IMG/VR virus record: IMGVR_UViG_3300046519_000190
Span: 32,001 to 96,000 of that record
Length of the DNA stretch: 64,000 nucleotides
Source of the DNA: a virus
Direction: 5' to 3' (one strand)
In this document: in pieces, positions 35,660-46,203 of the stretch
Layout of the letters: each line of letters starts with the position of its first letter
How positions within the stretch are numbered: the first letter of the stretch is position 1
Program-made: the position numbers and the translations under genes
Notes under the pieces: model-generated
Databases searched by the model: none
What the model was told of the DNA's origin: nothing
What the model saw: only the letters and a program-made list of their open reading frames with translations

Positions 35660-38600
35660 TTAGAAGTCGCAGTCTGCGGCCATAGTGAAGTCAGCGTCAG
35701 AGGTTGAGAGAGTGTTACCAGGCAAACGGAAGCTGCCCACCCCACCACTCGAATCCGGGCCGTAGTCTGCGCCACCAGTGTTACCCACAGTCAGATACAG
35801 AGTTGGCGAAGCGCGCTTCGTTACCTTGTACGGTCTGTGGTTCCAGCGAGGCTGGTTGGTTGCAACAGTACCTGGAACCTCTTCGTAATACCGTTGGCAA
35901 CGACGAATCTCTTCGCTGTAGTCAATCCGCTCGAAAGTGGTTGCAGCCAGACCTTGCTCAAGCTGCACGTATGCAACCTGAACCCATGCACCAGCAGAGC
36001 TGCCCCATGCAGAGATGCCAGTACCAGCCGGGCCGGTGATGTAGTTACCACTCACCCACTTGTTGAGGTTTGCAGCAGTTACAGCCAGCGAACCGTTGTT
36101 CAGACCGCAGAAGAGGATCGACAAGCCGGCGCCCGTACCCTGACTGATGGTAAATGGCAGAGCTGGAAGGTTGATTTCCATTTTCTGCGGCGTACCAGCA
36201 GTCGCGGTGTAGCTGAACTGTGCCACATACGAGAAGGCGTTATCACCACTGCGAATCGAAACGTAATACTTGCCGCCTACCGACGCTGCGAACCAGAAAG
36301 ACAAGCTGGCTGGCTGCGAGGAAAGCTCGTAGCAGTTGGCTTGTTCGATGATATGGCTCGGGCCAGCCCAGTAGAAAGCACTCCCCAGGTTCGTTACCAC
36401 GGCGTTACAAGTGGTTCGAGCCCAGAAGGTCGGAACGTTGTTCACACCAACAGCGGCATTTCGAGACCCGGCGATAGTCCCGCCAGCCCCACCGTTGGTG
36501 AATTTCCAACGGTCACAGATGTAGCCGTTTGCAGTGCCTGCAATAGCTGCACTGGTAGGACGGTTAGCAACCTGGAACGCGCCGTTCATGACGCGGTTAC
36601 GACCCATCACGTTGAGCGAAGCTCGGTTACGATCAGGCCAGGCGTTGCTGAACACTTCATACCAAATGCCAGTGAACACACCCCCGGTGACGATACGCCA
36701 GAACTCACGGTTGACGTTGGTGCCGCTGTAGCAGCGGTAGCGCTGATATTGGGTGTTCGCATCCCACTGCTGAACTTCCAACAAGTCACCGGCAGCGGAA
36801 GCGCCAATATCTGGAGGGAAGCCGGTAGCGCCAGTAGTAATACGGTACGCACCGGAAGCCAACAGTTGGTTAATGTTGGTTGTCGATTGAGCTGGACCGC
36901 CGATACCGAAGTCACCCACCTTGAGCAGACGACCGGTAGTAGCGTCGAGACCAGAACTGGTTGGAACCAGACCCAATGCAGTCTGAGCACCCGCTTGAGT
37001 GGTCGCACCAGTACCGCCCTGTGCAATCGACAGCGCTGTAGTCAGACCAGCCAGAGAGGTGATGTCAGAGTTTGCACCAGCAGCAGCGCTCTCTTTCCAC
37101 GCAGTCCATACGCCACCAGCCTGAGTACGCCAGAACATACGGCTCGTGCCGCCCAACTGAACCGCCATCTGCATGCAGCCGCCAGCGTTGTATGGGGCGG
37201 TGATCACAGACAGGTTGCCCGCAAGCGGGATGTTCAGCGTCGTGTTAGTGGTACGACAGAAACCGCCCAGAGTCTCAGCGTTCAGATCGGTAGCCAGCGG
37301 GCCAATCGCAGTACCCACACCCAATGCAGCCAGAGCGTTCTGGACAAACGCGGTGCTCGCGGCGTCAGCGGTGTTGGTGCCATCAGCCAGAGTGGTGATA
37401 CCCAGGCCGTTGTTGATGTTGACCTTACCAGTTGTGAGGTTGACAGCAAACGGGCGGAAGGCGTTGTAGTTGCCGAACTGATCACCACTGTTGGTCAGCA
37501 TCAGGTACAGCGAACCACCGTCGTTACGCCAGAAGGTGCCGTAGTTGCCAGAGACGATTCGGAAGTTGTTGCCGCTCGTGGAAGCAATCTCGCCAGCAGC
37601 GAGGATCGAATCGAAACCGGTGTTCGAGTAGCTGATGCCAGTACCGATCACAGTCAGATCAGCGGAGCGACCTTGCGCAACCGTTTTACCAGCGTTACCT
37701 ACAGCGCCCGCACGAATGGTTACACCGAAGTTGCCCGTGGTCAGGTTGTAAACGGTGTATCTGCCGCTCACTGCCGGAACGATCACGCTCACGTCTGCGC
37801 CCAGAGCCCCTGTGAGGTACAGAACCCCGTTGGCTGCTTCTGCTGCGGTCAGAGTGACGTTGGTGTTGCTCAGCGCCTTACTAGTGATGCCGCTGATCAT
37901 GCCTGCAACCAGAGCTGGGATACCCAGAGTGGCTTGAGCTGCCGCTGCGGTGGTGTCATCCAGCACAGTACGCATGAAGGTAGTCACACCGGTGTTCATG
38001 GAAATGATTTCGCTGAACACAGGAGGGTTTGCAGCCGAAGAGCAGAAACCAGTCCAAGTACGACCGTTCGAGTAATCAACGAACAGACCGGTGTAGCCGC
38101 CCAGAGTGTCGCGACGACCAGTGATAGTCCAGATACCGAAGCTCGGGTTTACGCCAGCTTGGTCAGTCGGCACGGTGCAGCCGTTGGTCTTCGAGGCACC
38201 TACGTCAATGAAGCCGCTCCAACCAGATGGCTTGCCCCAGTCAGCGTCAGAGGCGAGAGCGATCTTGATACCGGCGACGTTGCCGATACCGAAGTCACCC
38301 ACCTTCATCACGCTACCCTGAGTGGTATCCAGGTTCGAAGTGGTTTTGACCAGGTTGCTCGACGACCAGGATTCAGACCATGCAGTCCACACGTTGTTGT
38401 TCGACGAACGCTGGAACATGCGAGTTTGGCTCTGCGGCATTGCAATTTGCTGGCAGTAGTTGTTCGCATTGGTCATGGTGATCAGCTTGCAAGAACCTGC
38501 AACCGGGCCGTCTGTGCAAGCAGAGCCCATCAGGTAGAAGCCAGTCGCCTTCATGTCGTTGTAGCTACCCGACGCTACGTCTGCCAGGTCTGTTGCGCCC

Positions 38601-40582
38601 AGACCGAACGCGCCTACTTGCAGCAGAGCGTTCTTGGTGTTGTCGTAGAAGTCGTCTTGAATCGGCAGAGTCTTGCGCTTCGAGATATTCGGCTCTGCGA
38701 TGTAGATCACACCGCCAGTAGGGAATGTCGATTCAGCTACAACCATCATTCTCATGCGGTAGGTGGTCGCCGAAGCTTTGACGGTGCCGTACACACGCTG
38801 CCAGCCGCCTTTGGTGTTGTCATACGTAGCAACACGAGTGTTCTGAATCGTAGCGCCAGTCGCTGTGTATTCACCAACGAACAGGCTCAGAGTTGTGCCG
38901 GTAGTCGCGTTACCGGTTGCAGTGAGGTATGCAGATAGATCGAGCTTCTCGCCTGGTGCGACTGGAATCCAGTCATCGGCGTTAACAGATGGGAAGACCA
39001 GGTATCCGGCGTTACCAGAAGCTGTGCGAGTCAAGGTTGCCATGCGAGCGCTTGGGCAACCTGCTGGGACGGCAGAGTCTGCTGCTACGGCGTAACCCAG
39101 AGTGTGACCAGCGCTGTTGATGATCGGCAAAGAACCGCTTGCAACCAACATCGGGTTGGCTACCCAGTTGTCCGGCATCTTGTCAGTGCCACCCAGGTTG
39201 CCCGAGGAAGCGGCAGCAGCGGAAGCAGCAGCATCAGCAGCGCTTTGAGCGGCAGCAGTCTTGCTGGTGTTCGCGTTGGTCTCGGACGTTGCAGCGTTGG
39301 TAGCAGAAGTCGCAGCGGCAGTCTTGCTGGTGTTCGCAGCAGTAGCGCTGGCAGCAGCGTTCGTTTCGCTGGTCTTCGAGTTGGTCTCAGAAGTCTTCGC
39401 AGCGGTCTGACTTGCAAGCGCAGCAGCAGCCGAAGCAGCAGCGTTGGTTTCACTGGTGCCGGCGTTCGTCTTGCTCGTTGCAGCCTGAGTAGCGCTGGTA
39501 GCAGCAGCAGTTGCCGAGCCAGCAGCAGCAACCTTGCTGGAGTTCGCGTTGGTTTCACTGGTAGCGGCGTTTGTAGCCGAAGTTGCAGCGGCAGTCTTCG
39601 AAGCCAGAGCGTTCGTTTCAGAGGTCGCAGCGGCCACTTTCGAAGCGTTTGCGTTGGTCTCAGAAGTCGAAGCGTTGGTAGCCGAAGTAGCAGCAGCCAA
39701 TTTCGAGGTGTTCGCAGCAGTAGCAGAGCCGGCAGCGTTGGTCTCAGAAGTACCAGCAGCGTTCTTGCTCGCCAATGCAGCGGCAGCACTCGCAGCGGCG
39801 TTGGTTTCCGAAGTCTTGGAGTTCGTTTCGCTGGTCTTCGAGTTCGTTTCCGAAGTCTTCGCAGCGGTCTGACTTGCCAACGATGCGGCAGCAGAAGTAG
39901 CCGAAGCTGTTGCGGAGTTTGCAGCGGCCACCTTCGACGCATTCACGGTGCTTTCGCTACCAGCAGCGTTGGTTGCGGAAGTAGCAGCAGCAGTCGCAGA
40001 ACCTGCGGCCGCAGTAGCACTACCAGCAGCAGCGGTCTTCGAAGTGTTGGCGTTGGTCTCAGAGGTCTTCGCGTTGGTCTCAGAGGTCTTCGCAGCGGTT
40101 TGGCTCGCAAGTGCGGCAGTGGCGCTTGTCTTCGCAGCAGTCGCTTGGTTCTGAGCATCGGTGTAACCGAACGACAGAAGTTCCGGGCACGCGAACAGGC
40201 GAGTCGTACCGTAGCGGTCAGTGATCGGGTAGAAACCGTTGCCGTTCGGGCCACCAGTCTTCGTACCAGTCTGCCAATCGGTGAACTCGGCCATGTTGGT
40301 CTGACGGTCAGACAAGAAGGCTTCGATCTTGACGGTCAGATCACGGAAGTTGACCGCTTGCACAAAGCGAACGATCACGTATTTGAAGGAGCCGGATACC
40401 TTCGAAGCGACATCGACCTTGATATGAGTGTCGTCATTGACGGACACCGCCTCAAAGCACTGGTTGCTTTCGCAGATGATCAGGTCGCCAGGGGAAACGT
40501 TGGTCGAAAACGCAGTACCAACACCGACGAGAACGTCACTGTTGGCTGTCAGCGTCAGCGTGCCTTCACGATATGCTCTCAC
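35660..40582 (-). CDS. long side tail fibre
   Basis: N-terminal G.GT.F attachment region, Ala/Ser/Thr heptad repeats, repeated knob modules, C-terminal RRCQRYY. Confidence 0.9.
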   Translation of the reverse strand: MRAYREGTLTLTANSDVLVGVGTAFSTNVSPGDLIICESNQCFEAVSVNDDTHIKVDVASKVSGSFKYVIVRFVQAVNFRDLTVKIEAFLSDRQTNMAEFTDWQTGTKTGGPNGNGFYPITDRYGTTRLFACPELLSFGYTDAQNQATAAKTSATAALASQTAAKTSETNAKTSETNANTSKTAAAGSATAAAGSATAAATSATNAAGSESTVNASKVAAANSATASATSAAASLASQTAAKTSETNSKTSETNSKTSETNAAASAAAALASKNAAGTSETNAAGSATAANTSKLAAATSATNASTSETNANASKVAAATSETNALASKTAAATSATNAATSETNANSSKVAAAGSATAAATSATQAATSKTNAGTSETNAAASAAAALASQTAAKTSETNSKTSETNAAASATAANTSKTAAATSATNAATSETNANTSKTAAAQSAADAAASAAAASSGNLGGTDKMPDNWVANPMLVASGSLPIINSAGHTLGYAVAADSAVPAGCPSARMATLTRTASGNAGYLVFPSVNADDWIPVAPGEKLDLSAYLTATGNATTGTTLSLFVGEYTATGATIQNTRVATYDNTKGGWQRVYGTVKASATTYRMRMMVVAESTFPTGGVIYIAEPNISKRKTLPIQDDFYDNTKNALLQVGAFGLGATDLADVASGSYNDMKATGFYLMGSACTDGPVAGSCKLITMTNANNYCQQIAMPQSQTRMFQRSSNNNVWTAWSESWSSSNLVKTTSNLDTTQGSVMKVGDFGIGNVAGIKIALASDADWGKPSGWSGFIDVGASKTNGCTVPTDQAGVNPSFGIWTITGRRDTLGGYTGLFVDYSNGRTWTGFCSSAANPPVFSEIISMNTGVTTFMRTVLDDTTAAAAQATLGIPALVAGMISGITSKALSNTNVTLTAAEAANGVLYLTGALGADVSVIVPAVSGRYTVYNLTTGNFGVTIRAGAVGNAGKTVAQGRSADLTVIGTGISYSNTGFDSILAAGEIASTSGNNFRIVSGNYGTFWRNDGGSLYLMLTNSGDQFGNYNAFRPFAVNLTTGKVNINNGLGITTLADGTNTADAASTAFVQNALAALGVGTAIGPLATDLNAETLGGFCRTTNTTLNIPLAGNLSVITAPYNAGGCMQMAVQLGGTSRMFWRTQAGGVWTAWKESAAAGANSDITSLAGLTTALSIAQGGTGATTQAGAQTALGLVPTSSGLDATTGRLLKVGDFGIGGPAQSTTNINQLLASGAYRITTGATGFPPDIGASAAGDLLEVQQWDANTQYQRYRCYSGTNVNREFWRIVTGGVFTGIWYEVFSNAWPDRNRASLNVMGRNRVMNGAFQVANRPTSAAIAGTANGYICDRWKFTNGGAGGTIAGSRNAAVGVNNVPTFWARTTCNAVVTNLGSAFYWAGPSHIIEQANCYELSSQPASLSFWFAASVGGKYYVSIRSGDNAFSYVAQFSYTATAGTPQKMEINLPALPFTISQGTGAGLSILFCGLNNGSLAVTAANLNKWVSGNYITGPAGTGISAWGSSAGAWVQVAYVQLEQGLAATTFERIDYSEEIRRCQRYYEEVPGTVATNQPRWNHRPYKVTKRASPTLYLTVGNTGGADYGPDSSGGVGSFRLPGNTLSTSDADFTMAADCDF
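39215..40150 (-). repeat. coding heptad repeats (AKTSETNA / AATSATNA) of the tail fibre
   Basis: degenerate 21-bp tandem repeats such as GCGAAGACCTCTGAGACCAAC. Confidence 0.85.
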
Positions 40583-40627
40583 TGTATCGCCTCATGTAGA
40601 TTGGACTATCGGGTGACTATATCACGA

Positions 40628-40798
40628 TCAGGACTTCGGGTACTTGTCCTTGATTGCCTTGATATCGCTGTACATAGGTTCGATCTTTGGAAGAACCCCG
40701 TCGTTCATTGCATGCCAGAGAGCGTCAAGCTGTTCCGCAATGTTCGGGTATTCCTCTTGCCGGAGTTTGACGTGATCCGACTTGTGCTCAATTTTCAT
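40628..40798 (-). CDS. small tail-associated hypothetical protein (56 aa)
   Basis: MKIEHKSDHVKLRQEEYPNIAEQLDALWH...IKAIKDKYPKS, an R..YP...EQLD...K.KYPK motif typical of tail-fibre-adjacent genes; below the ORF track cutoff. Confidence 0.75.
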   Translation of the reverse strand: MKIEHKSDHVKLRQEEYPNIAEQLDALWHAMNDGVLPKIEPMYSDIKAIKDKYPKS

Positions 40799-41210
40799 AG
40801 GTCAGATCCACCTGGATGTAGGGCCAGAGTTCGATGGTGATCGAGTGCTGAGCCTGAATGGAGAAGCTCAGCTCGATGTCAGTGCCGTCAGCCTTGTACT
40901 GCGAGCTGTCGATCTGGATGGATGCCCCTTTCGGGACACCTCTCAGCATATTGTCGTCCAGTGTGACGCTCATGACCGGGCGGTCTGTGACTTCGCCGTC
41001 TTTGACGTACTGAGTCTTTGGGTTGCCCTTCTGTTCGACGAAGCTCTTGTCACCGACTAGCTCCAGCTTAACCGGTGATGCGTGCGTCTCCAGAATCTTC
41101 CCCGAATCTGGATCGTAGACGGTCATGTAATTCATGACCATCCCTTGCAGTGCTTCTGGTTCGATTTCAAGCTCGCTCAGTGCGGCTTGCAGCAGCTCTT
41201 CTTCACTCAT
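40788..41210 (-). CDS. tail-associated hypothetical protein
   Basis: 140 aa, ATGA overlap with J. Confidence 0.75.
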   Translation of the reverse strand: MSEEELLQAALSELEIEPEALQGMVMNYMTVYDPDSGKILETHASPVKLELVGDKSFVEQKGNPKTQYVKDGEVTDRPVMSVTLDDNMLRGVPKGASIQIDSSQYKADGTDIELSFSIQAQHSITIELWPYIQVDLTYEN

Positions 41211-44200
41211 TTCATCGCTCCGAGGATGACGACGCTCGCATTTACCTGGCTGTCACTGTCGATGGTGACGAAGTAGCTGCCGGCGCCCACGTAGAAGTTG
41301 TACACGGCGGTCGCGGTCGATTGGTTGTAGTCACCGTTACCGCCCCAGCCGTTGGTGTAACCAGCAACAACCCGAGCAAGCAGAGAACCCGCGGAGCTGT
41401 AGAGGTTGATGTAGATCGGCTGACCACCAAACGTCTTCGCGGAACGAACTACGCTGGCGATGATGACCATGTTTACGGTGTTCTGGTAGCCAATCACGGC
41501 TGTTTGAGAGCCGCTGCCACCGATTTGACCGTAGTACGGGATCGTCACTGCGTTGTTGCCGATGCGGAACGAGTCTACCTGCAACTGACCGATTTTGGCA
41601 GTAGTGATCGTTGCGTCACCGATGTGAGCAGTACCGATCTGACCTGCACCGATCTTCGCATAGGTGATCGCAGCGTCTTGAATGTGAGCGTTGGTGATCG
41701 TTGCATCTTGGATCACCGCGGTGTTCAAGAACACGATACCGCTGATCAACTGAAACGGCGCTACACCATAGCCGTTTGCAGGGTTCACCATCACTACGCG
41801 GTCGGCTTGCAGCAAGATTTGGCTCTGGCTGATGCCTTGTGCAGTGTTCTGGATACCGATACCCATGCCGGCGACGTAGGTCTGACCGTTTTGCAGAGTC
41901 TGAACCTTCACAGTCCACTGCGAAGACAGCTTGCCATCCATCGATGCCAGAGAAGACGACGCTACCTGAACCGCGGTTGTTGCGTTGTTCGCGGTTGCCT
42001 GAGCTGTATCCACCCGAGAAGACAATGCACCGTCAGAGTTTGCCCGAACACTCGCCTCAGATTGGATAGCCGCGGCGATATCGCCCGCCATCTTCGAGGT
42101 CAGTGTGTCGATCCGGGTGCCCAAAGCGCCGTCAGCGTTCGCCCGAGCGTTGGTCTCATTCTGGATCGCAGTAGCGTTGGCGCCGTTCTGAGCAACAGTG
42201 GTTTCAATACGGCTCGACAATGCACCGTCAGCGTTCGCACGGGCAGTCTGTTCGGACACCAGAGCTGCGTTGATGCTGGTGCCGTTCGAGTTCACCGCGG
42301 CCGTCAGAGCCGACAGAGAGGTGGACAGCGCACTGTCCTGGCTCGCACGTACCGTCTGTTCGTTCTGAATCGCAGCGTTAGCGGATGCGACCGAAGCCCT
42401 GACGATGGTGATGTCACTCGCCATCGCACTGTCAGCGTCGGCTCGAGTTTTTTGCTCGCTGACCAGGTTCGCGTTTGTGGTGTCAGTCTTCGAGTCCAGA
42501 GCTGTCAGCCGGGTTGCTTGAGCGCTGTCAGCCGTTGCTCGGGTAGTCTGTTCAACCGTCAGCGCAGCATTGGTAGCCGCAGTGGTCGACTTCAACGAAG
42601 TGATGTCGGTCGTCTGAGCGCTGTCCGCGGTTGCACGGGTCGTTTGCTCTTGAACCAAAGCCGCGTTGGTAGCGTTGGTCTTCGAGTCCAGACCGTTCAA
42701 CCGGGTAGCAGAAGCCTCGTCAGCGCTTGCACGGGCAGTCTTCTCTTCGATGATGGCTGCGTCTTGCTCTTCGAACTGAGCCTGGACAATCTCCAGCGAG
42801 TGAGCGACAGCCTGGCGATCGGATACCGCAGCCTCTTGGAGAGCAGTTACCTTCGCGTTGATGTTGTCGCCGATCGACACACCCAGTTCGGTGATCGACT
42901 GCTTGATCTGGAAGTTGTCGTCGTTCCGCAGCAGACCCTCAATCGAGTTACCGGAACGAGCAGCTTGTGCCAGAGCGAACGCATCGTCCACGCGCTCTTT
43001 CAAACCGTCGGTGATTTCGTCGTACTTGGTATCGATGCCGTCGGTGATTTCCTTGACGTCATCCAGAATGCCGTCGATACCGTCACCGATGGTGTCGATG
43101 ATGGTGCCCAGGCTTTCGTCGAGGTCAGTACGTGCGATCACACCGGCCACAGCAGATGTGCCGGCGGTGGAGTTCTTCGCAGACTCCATCCCACGACGGT
43201 TCACTGCCGTTACCCAGTACCAATACTTCATCAGACCAGGGATACCGGTACGGGTGTAGGTCTCACCAGGAGTCCTGTCGTACACATACGCGGTCGTCGG
43301 GTCGTCTACGGTGTTCTCGTAGATTCGGATGTAGTCCAGGTCGATGATGTCCGGGTTCTTCCAGTTCAGAATGATCTGACGGAAATCGCCGACTGCTGTG
43401 AGATTTGTAGGGGGCTTGGGTGGGTTCAGCGTGCCCAGTGTCGTGTAAGTGCCCACAAGCTCTTGTGAGAGCTTTCCAGTCAGCGAGACACCCACGACAC
43501 GGAAATCGTAAATGCACTGCCCAGCGACGTTCAGAAGCTCATAGGCTGGCTTCGTGACGTACTCTTGTGTCCAACCTGTTGCACCCGCGCCAGAGTTCAT
43601 TCTCCATTGAACGTAGTAGCCCATCGACTTGCCTTCCCAGGACACGTCGAGCTTGGTGCCGATCTGACCAGACGAAATCAGGTAGGTGACTTCATCGATC
43701 TTCATCGACTCCGGGTTGGAGTTCGTTGGGTCGAGAATGGTGGTCGGGTAGTGCTCAAGGTTCAGACCTTGCTCAATCGAGGCGTACTTGCTCGGGTTGT
43801 GATCCACCACACTGATGGTGAAGCGACCCGGTGTGTCAGTCTGCGACACGCCAACGCATCGAGCGAGTTGTGGAACCAGGCTCAGCTCAGTAAGAATCCA
43901 TACAGAGTTGACCAGAGGCAGCTTCACGTTTGCCTCAAAAGGCGCAGTGAAGGTGATGTCGGTCAAACCTGTGCCGGCCTGTACGACATTCTTCTCGACG
44001 AAGGTGCCGTCGGGCATCTGAATGGCGATCACAGAACCCTGAGCGATATCAGTCGGCGCATCGAGCGTGCAACCAAGTCGGGTCACAGCTTTGATACGGC
44101 CACCGTCACGTTTGCCGGCCTTATACTGGTCGTGAATCTTCACGATGTCGCCAGGAACGCACTGGAGCCCGCTCAAGCCCACATCGAAGGTGGTTACGTT

Positions 44201-45631
44201 CGTCTCTACCGATTCGGTGTAGAGAATCCACAAACCGATCCTGTGAGCTTGTGCGCGAGAGGTACAACCGAATGCGATTGTGTCCGTCTTGCGGTAGCCA
44301 AGGGTGTCGATGAGCTGCTTGTCTTCCACATACTCGATTTTCTGCTTGTACAGGTCAGTCGGGTCGTTCCACTGAACCTGCACGACGCTGTGACGGTCCT
44401 TGCGAGCAGAACCCACACGGTTGAACAGACCATCGACCACGTTGGAGTTGTTGAACAGGAACTCAGGGTCGGCCGGCGAATCCTGTGTGACCTGAACCAT
44501 ACCGCCCGACCAGTACGACATACCCCGGAATACAGAACAGATGTCCTGGATCACCTTGTAGGCTTCGCGCTGTGCAGTGATGACGGTGTTCAGGGTGAAG
44601 CGAGGCTCAGTCCCACCTTGACCGTCGTCCACCAGGCCGTCGCAGTAGCGAGCGATGGAGTACAGCTTGCCGACGTTGATGTTGGACTCTTTGATGAACT
44701 CGCCCAGACCATACCGCTTGTTGATCAGCAGGTCGCGCAGAATCCATGCCGGGTTGTTCGTGTACCCGATCTTGAACGAACCATCCCAGATACCCGTGTA
44801 GGTACGGTCGTCAGGGTTGTAGTTCGATGGGATGTTCACGTACAGACCATCGACCAGGTACGAACGACTTGGGATGTTGGTGAACTGCTCAGCATCGATG
44901 TTGAAACCAAACATCACCGAGTTCGGGTAGCTCAGTCGGCTGTTGATGATTTCGTAGTAGGAGTCGATGTAGGTATCGTTCAGCAGATACGAACTGGTCG
45001 AGTCCGGGGTGATACGAGTGATCTGGATTTTGTAGCTCGAACCAGGCTTCGGCAGACTGATCAGGTGCTCACGCTGGTACTTCGACCGCGACTTATCGTT
45101 GATCGAGACTGCGAAGTCTTCCGTGCCGGCGACCTTCACTGGCAAGAATGGACCGTTGTCGACGGACATGGAGAAGCTGTAGGAGACCAGGGTGCCCGAG
45201 ACGTCACCGCTCGCTTCGTCGGTAGACGACAGAGCTGGAAGCATCATGACGATTCGAACGGCGTCCGCGTCGATGTCGTTGACGGTCAGCACGTATGGAG
45301 TCGCGTAGACGATCTTCAAGCCGATGTTGAACGGCGTGGAGATATCAGGGAAGCCATCGATCACTGTCTGATCTTGGCGGCCGTCACGGAACTCGTATGT
45401 GAAGCCGTTGTAGTTAGTCGTGCCGTCGGCGTTCTGGAGAGAGGTGCCATCCAGGAACACAGACTCGGCGCCGTTGACCAGGCCCTTGATCTGACCTTCA
45501 CCCAGCAAGTCCAGAACAGACAGAAGCGCCTTACTCTTGATCGAGTCCGGTGCTGTGACTGGAGTTCTCGCTTCGTCGTCGCTGGACCCACCGCCAGCAC
45601 CACCGACTCGCTTCAAATTATTGTCTGTCAT
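41207..45631 (-). CDS. central tail tip / host specificity protein (lambda J-like)
   Basis: LDLLGEG.IKGL, TNNPAWIL.DL, YCD.LV..G.GG.EPRF, FN3 domains, coiled coil, WTVKVQ...YVAG.G.G. Confidence 0.93.
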   Translation of the reverse strand: MTDNNLKRVGGAGGGSSDDEARTPVTAPDSIKSKALLSVLDLLGEGQIKGLVNGAESVFLDGTSLQNADGTTNYNGFTYEFRDGRQDQTVIDGFPDISTPFNIGLKIVYATPYVLTVNDIDADAVRIVMMLPALSSTDEASGDVSGTLVSYSFSMSVDNGPFLPVKVAGTEDFAVSINDKSRSKYQREHLISLPKPGSSYKIQITRITPDSTSSYLLNDTYIDSYYEIINSRLSYPNSVMFGFNIDAEQFTNIPSRSYLVDGLYVNIPSNYNPDDRTYTGIWDGSFKIGYTNNPAWILRDLLINKRYGLGEFIKESNINVGKLYSIARYCDGLVDDGQGGTEPRFTLNTVITAQREAYKVIQDICSVFRGMSYWSGGMVQVTQDSPADPEFLFNNSNVVDGLFNRVGSARKDRHSVVQVQWNDPTDLYKQKIEYVEDKQLIDTLGYRKTDTIAFGCTSRAQAHRIGLWILYTESVETNVTTFDVGLSGLQCVPGDIVKIHDQYKAGKRDGGRIKAVTRLGCTLDAPTDIAQGSVIAIQMPDGTFVEKNVVQAGTGLTDITFTAPFEANVKLPLVNSVWILTELSLVPQLARCVGVSQTDTPGRFTISVVDHNPSKYASIEQGLNLEHYPTTILDPTNSNPESMKIDEVTYLISSGQIGTKLDVSWEGKSMGYYVQWRMNSGAGATGWTQEYVTKPAYELLNVAGQCIYDFRVVGVSLTGKLSQELVGTYTTLGTLNPPKPPTNLTAVGDFRQIILNWKNPDIIDLDYIRIYENTVDDPTTAYVYDRTPGETYTRTGIPGLMKYWYWVTAVNRRGMESAKNSTAGTSAVAGVIARTDLDESLGTIIDTIGDGIDGILDDVKEITDGIDTKYDEITDGLKERVDDAFALAQAARSGNSIEGLLRNDDNFQIKQSITELGVSIGDNINAKVTALQEAAVSDRQAVAHSLEIVQAQFEEQDAAIIEEKTARASADEASATRLNGLDSKTNATNAALVQEQTTRATADSAQTTDITSLKSTTAATNAALTVEQTTRATADSAQATRLTALDSKTDTTNANLVSEQKTRADADSAMASDITIVRASVASANAAIQNEQTVRASQDSALSTSLSALTAAVNSNGTSINAALVSEQTARANADGALSSRIETTVAQNGANATAIQNETNARANADGALGTRIDTLTSKMAGDIAAAIQSEASVRANSDGALSSRVDTAQATANNATTAVQVASSSLASMDGKLSSQWTVKVQTLQNGQTYVAGMGIGIQNTAQGISQSQILLQADRVVMVNPANGYGVAPFQLISGIVFLNTAVIQDATITNAHIQDAAITYAKIGAGQIGTAHIGDATITTAKIGQLQVDSFRIGNNAVTIPYYGQIGGSGSQTAVIGYQNTVNMVIIASVVRSAKTFGGQPIYINLYSSAGSLLARVVAGYTNGWGGNGDYNQSTATAVYNFYVGAGSYFVTIDSDSQVNASVVILGAMK

Positions 45632-45633
45632 CT

Positions 45634-46203
45634 TCAACCCATCAGTTGGTCAATTGAAATCGATGCACTCACCGACTGACTGCCAACCAGGCAGCGGCCA
45701 AAAATGAGCGGTACTGGGATGCCCTGCGCTGACGTGTTCACCGGGCCGTTGAAGTAGTAGGACGTTCCGTCATCGCTTGAGCCGTCATCGCTCTTCGGAC
45801 GTGGAGATAGCAACTCGATCAGACCACCCAGGGCCAAGCTGGCACCCATAGAGAATGCGGCCGGGCCAAGCCAGATTGCGGAAATCATCAGGATCACACC
45901 GACAACGATACGAGCACCAGCACTGGCGCCGCGCGTGATGGGTGTGAATCGGATGATCGCTGGTTGGGCTCTCTGCAAGCCGAAGGTGTCGTCGTTGAGG
46001 GCAACTTTCTTGCCGCTCTTGTCGACCACTGTTACTCGGTAGTTTGCATACTTACTGGCGTTGGACTTCATCCAACTGGAGAATCCAGGGTCGTTGGCCT
46101 GGATGATTTGCAGGGCCTGGGCCGGAGTGGAGACAGCCAAGTCCCACTCCTTGCCGAAGCGTTTCCCTAGTGGACCATCAAGAATTACCTTCGTGAGTGC
46201 CAT
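45634..46203 (-). CDS. tail assembly protein I
   Basis: L.G.LGKRFG, LSP.P, SYYFNGPVNT.AQG.PVP..FG..LVGS..SA.I. Confidence 0.9.
   Translation of the reverse strand: MALTKVILDGPLGKRFGKEWDLAVSTPAQALQIIQANDPGFSSWMKSNASKYANYRVTVVDKSGKKVALNDDTFGLQRAQPAIIRFTPITRGASAGARIVVGVILMISAIWLGPAAFSMGASLALGGLIELLSPRPKSDDGSSDDGTSYYFNGPVNTSAQGIPVPLIFGRCLVGSQSVSASISIDQLMG

Noticed and set aside
39215-40150. Regular 21-bp repeats as a possible CRISPR array or VNTR
   Set aside because: Degenerate in-frame coding heptads with no unique spacers and no cas genes
34532-40582. Invertible tail-fibre cassette or diversity-generating retroelement
   Set aside because: No recombinase, reverse transcriptase, inverted crossover sites or TR/VR pair seen
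42000-42850. 66-bp periodic repeats in J
   Set aside because: Ordinary coiled-coil EQTARA.ADSA repeats of J-type proteins
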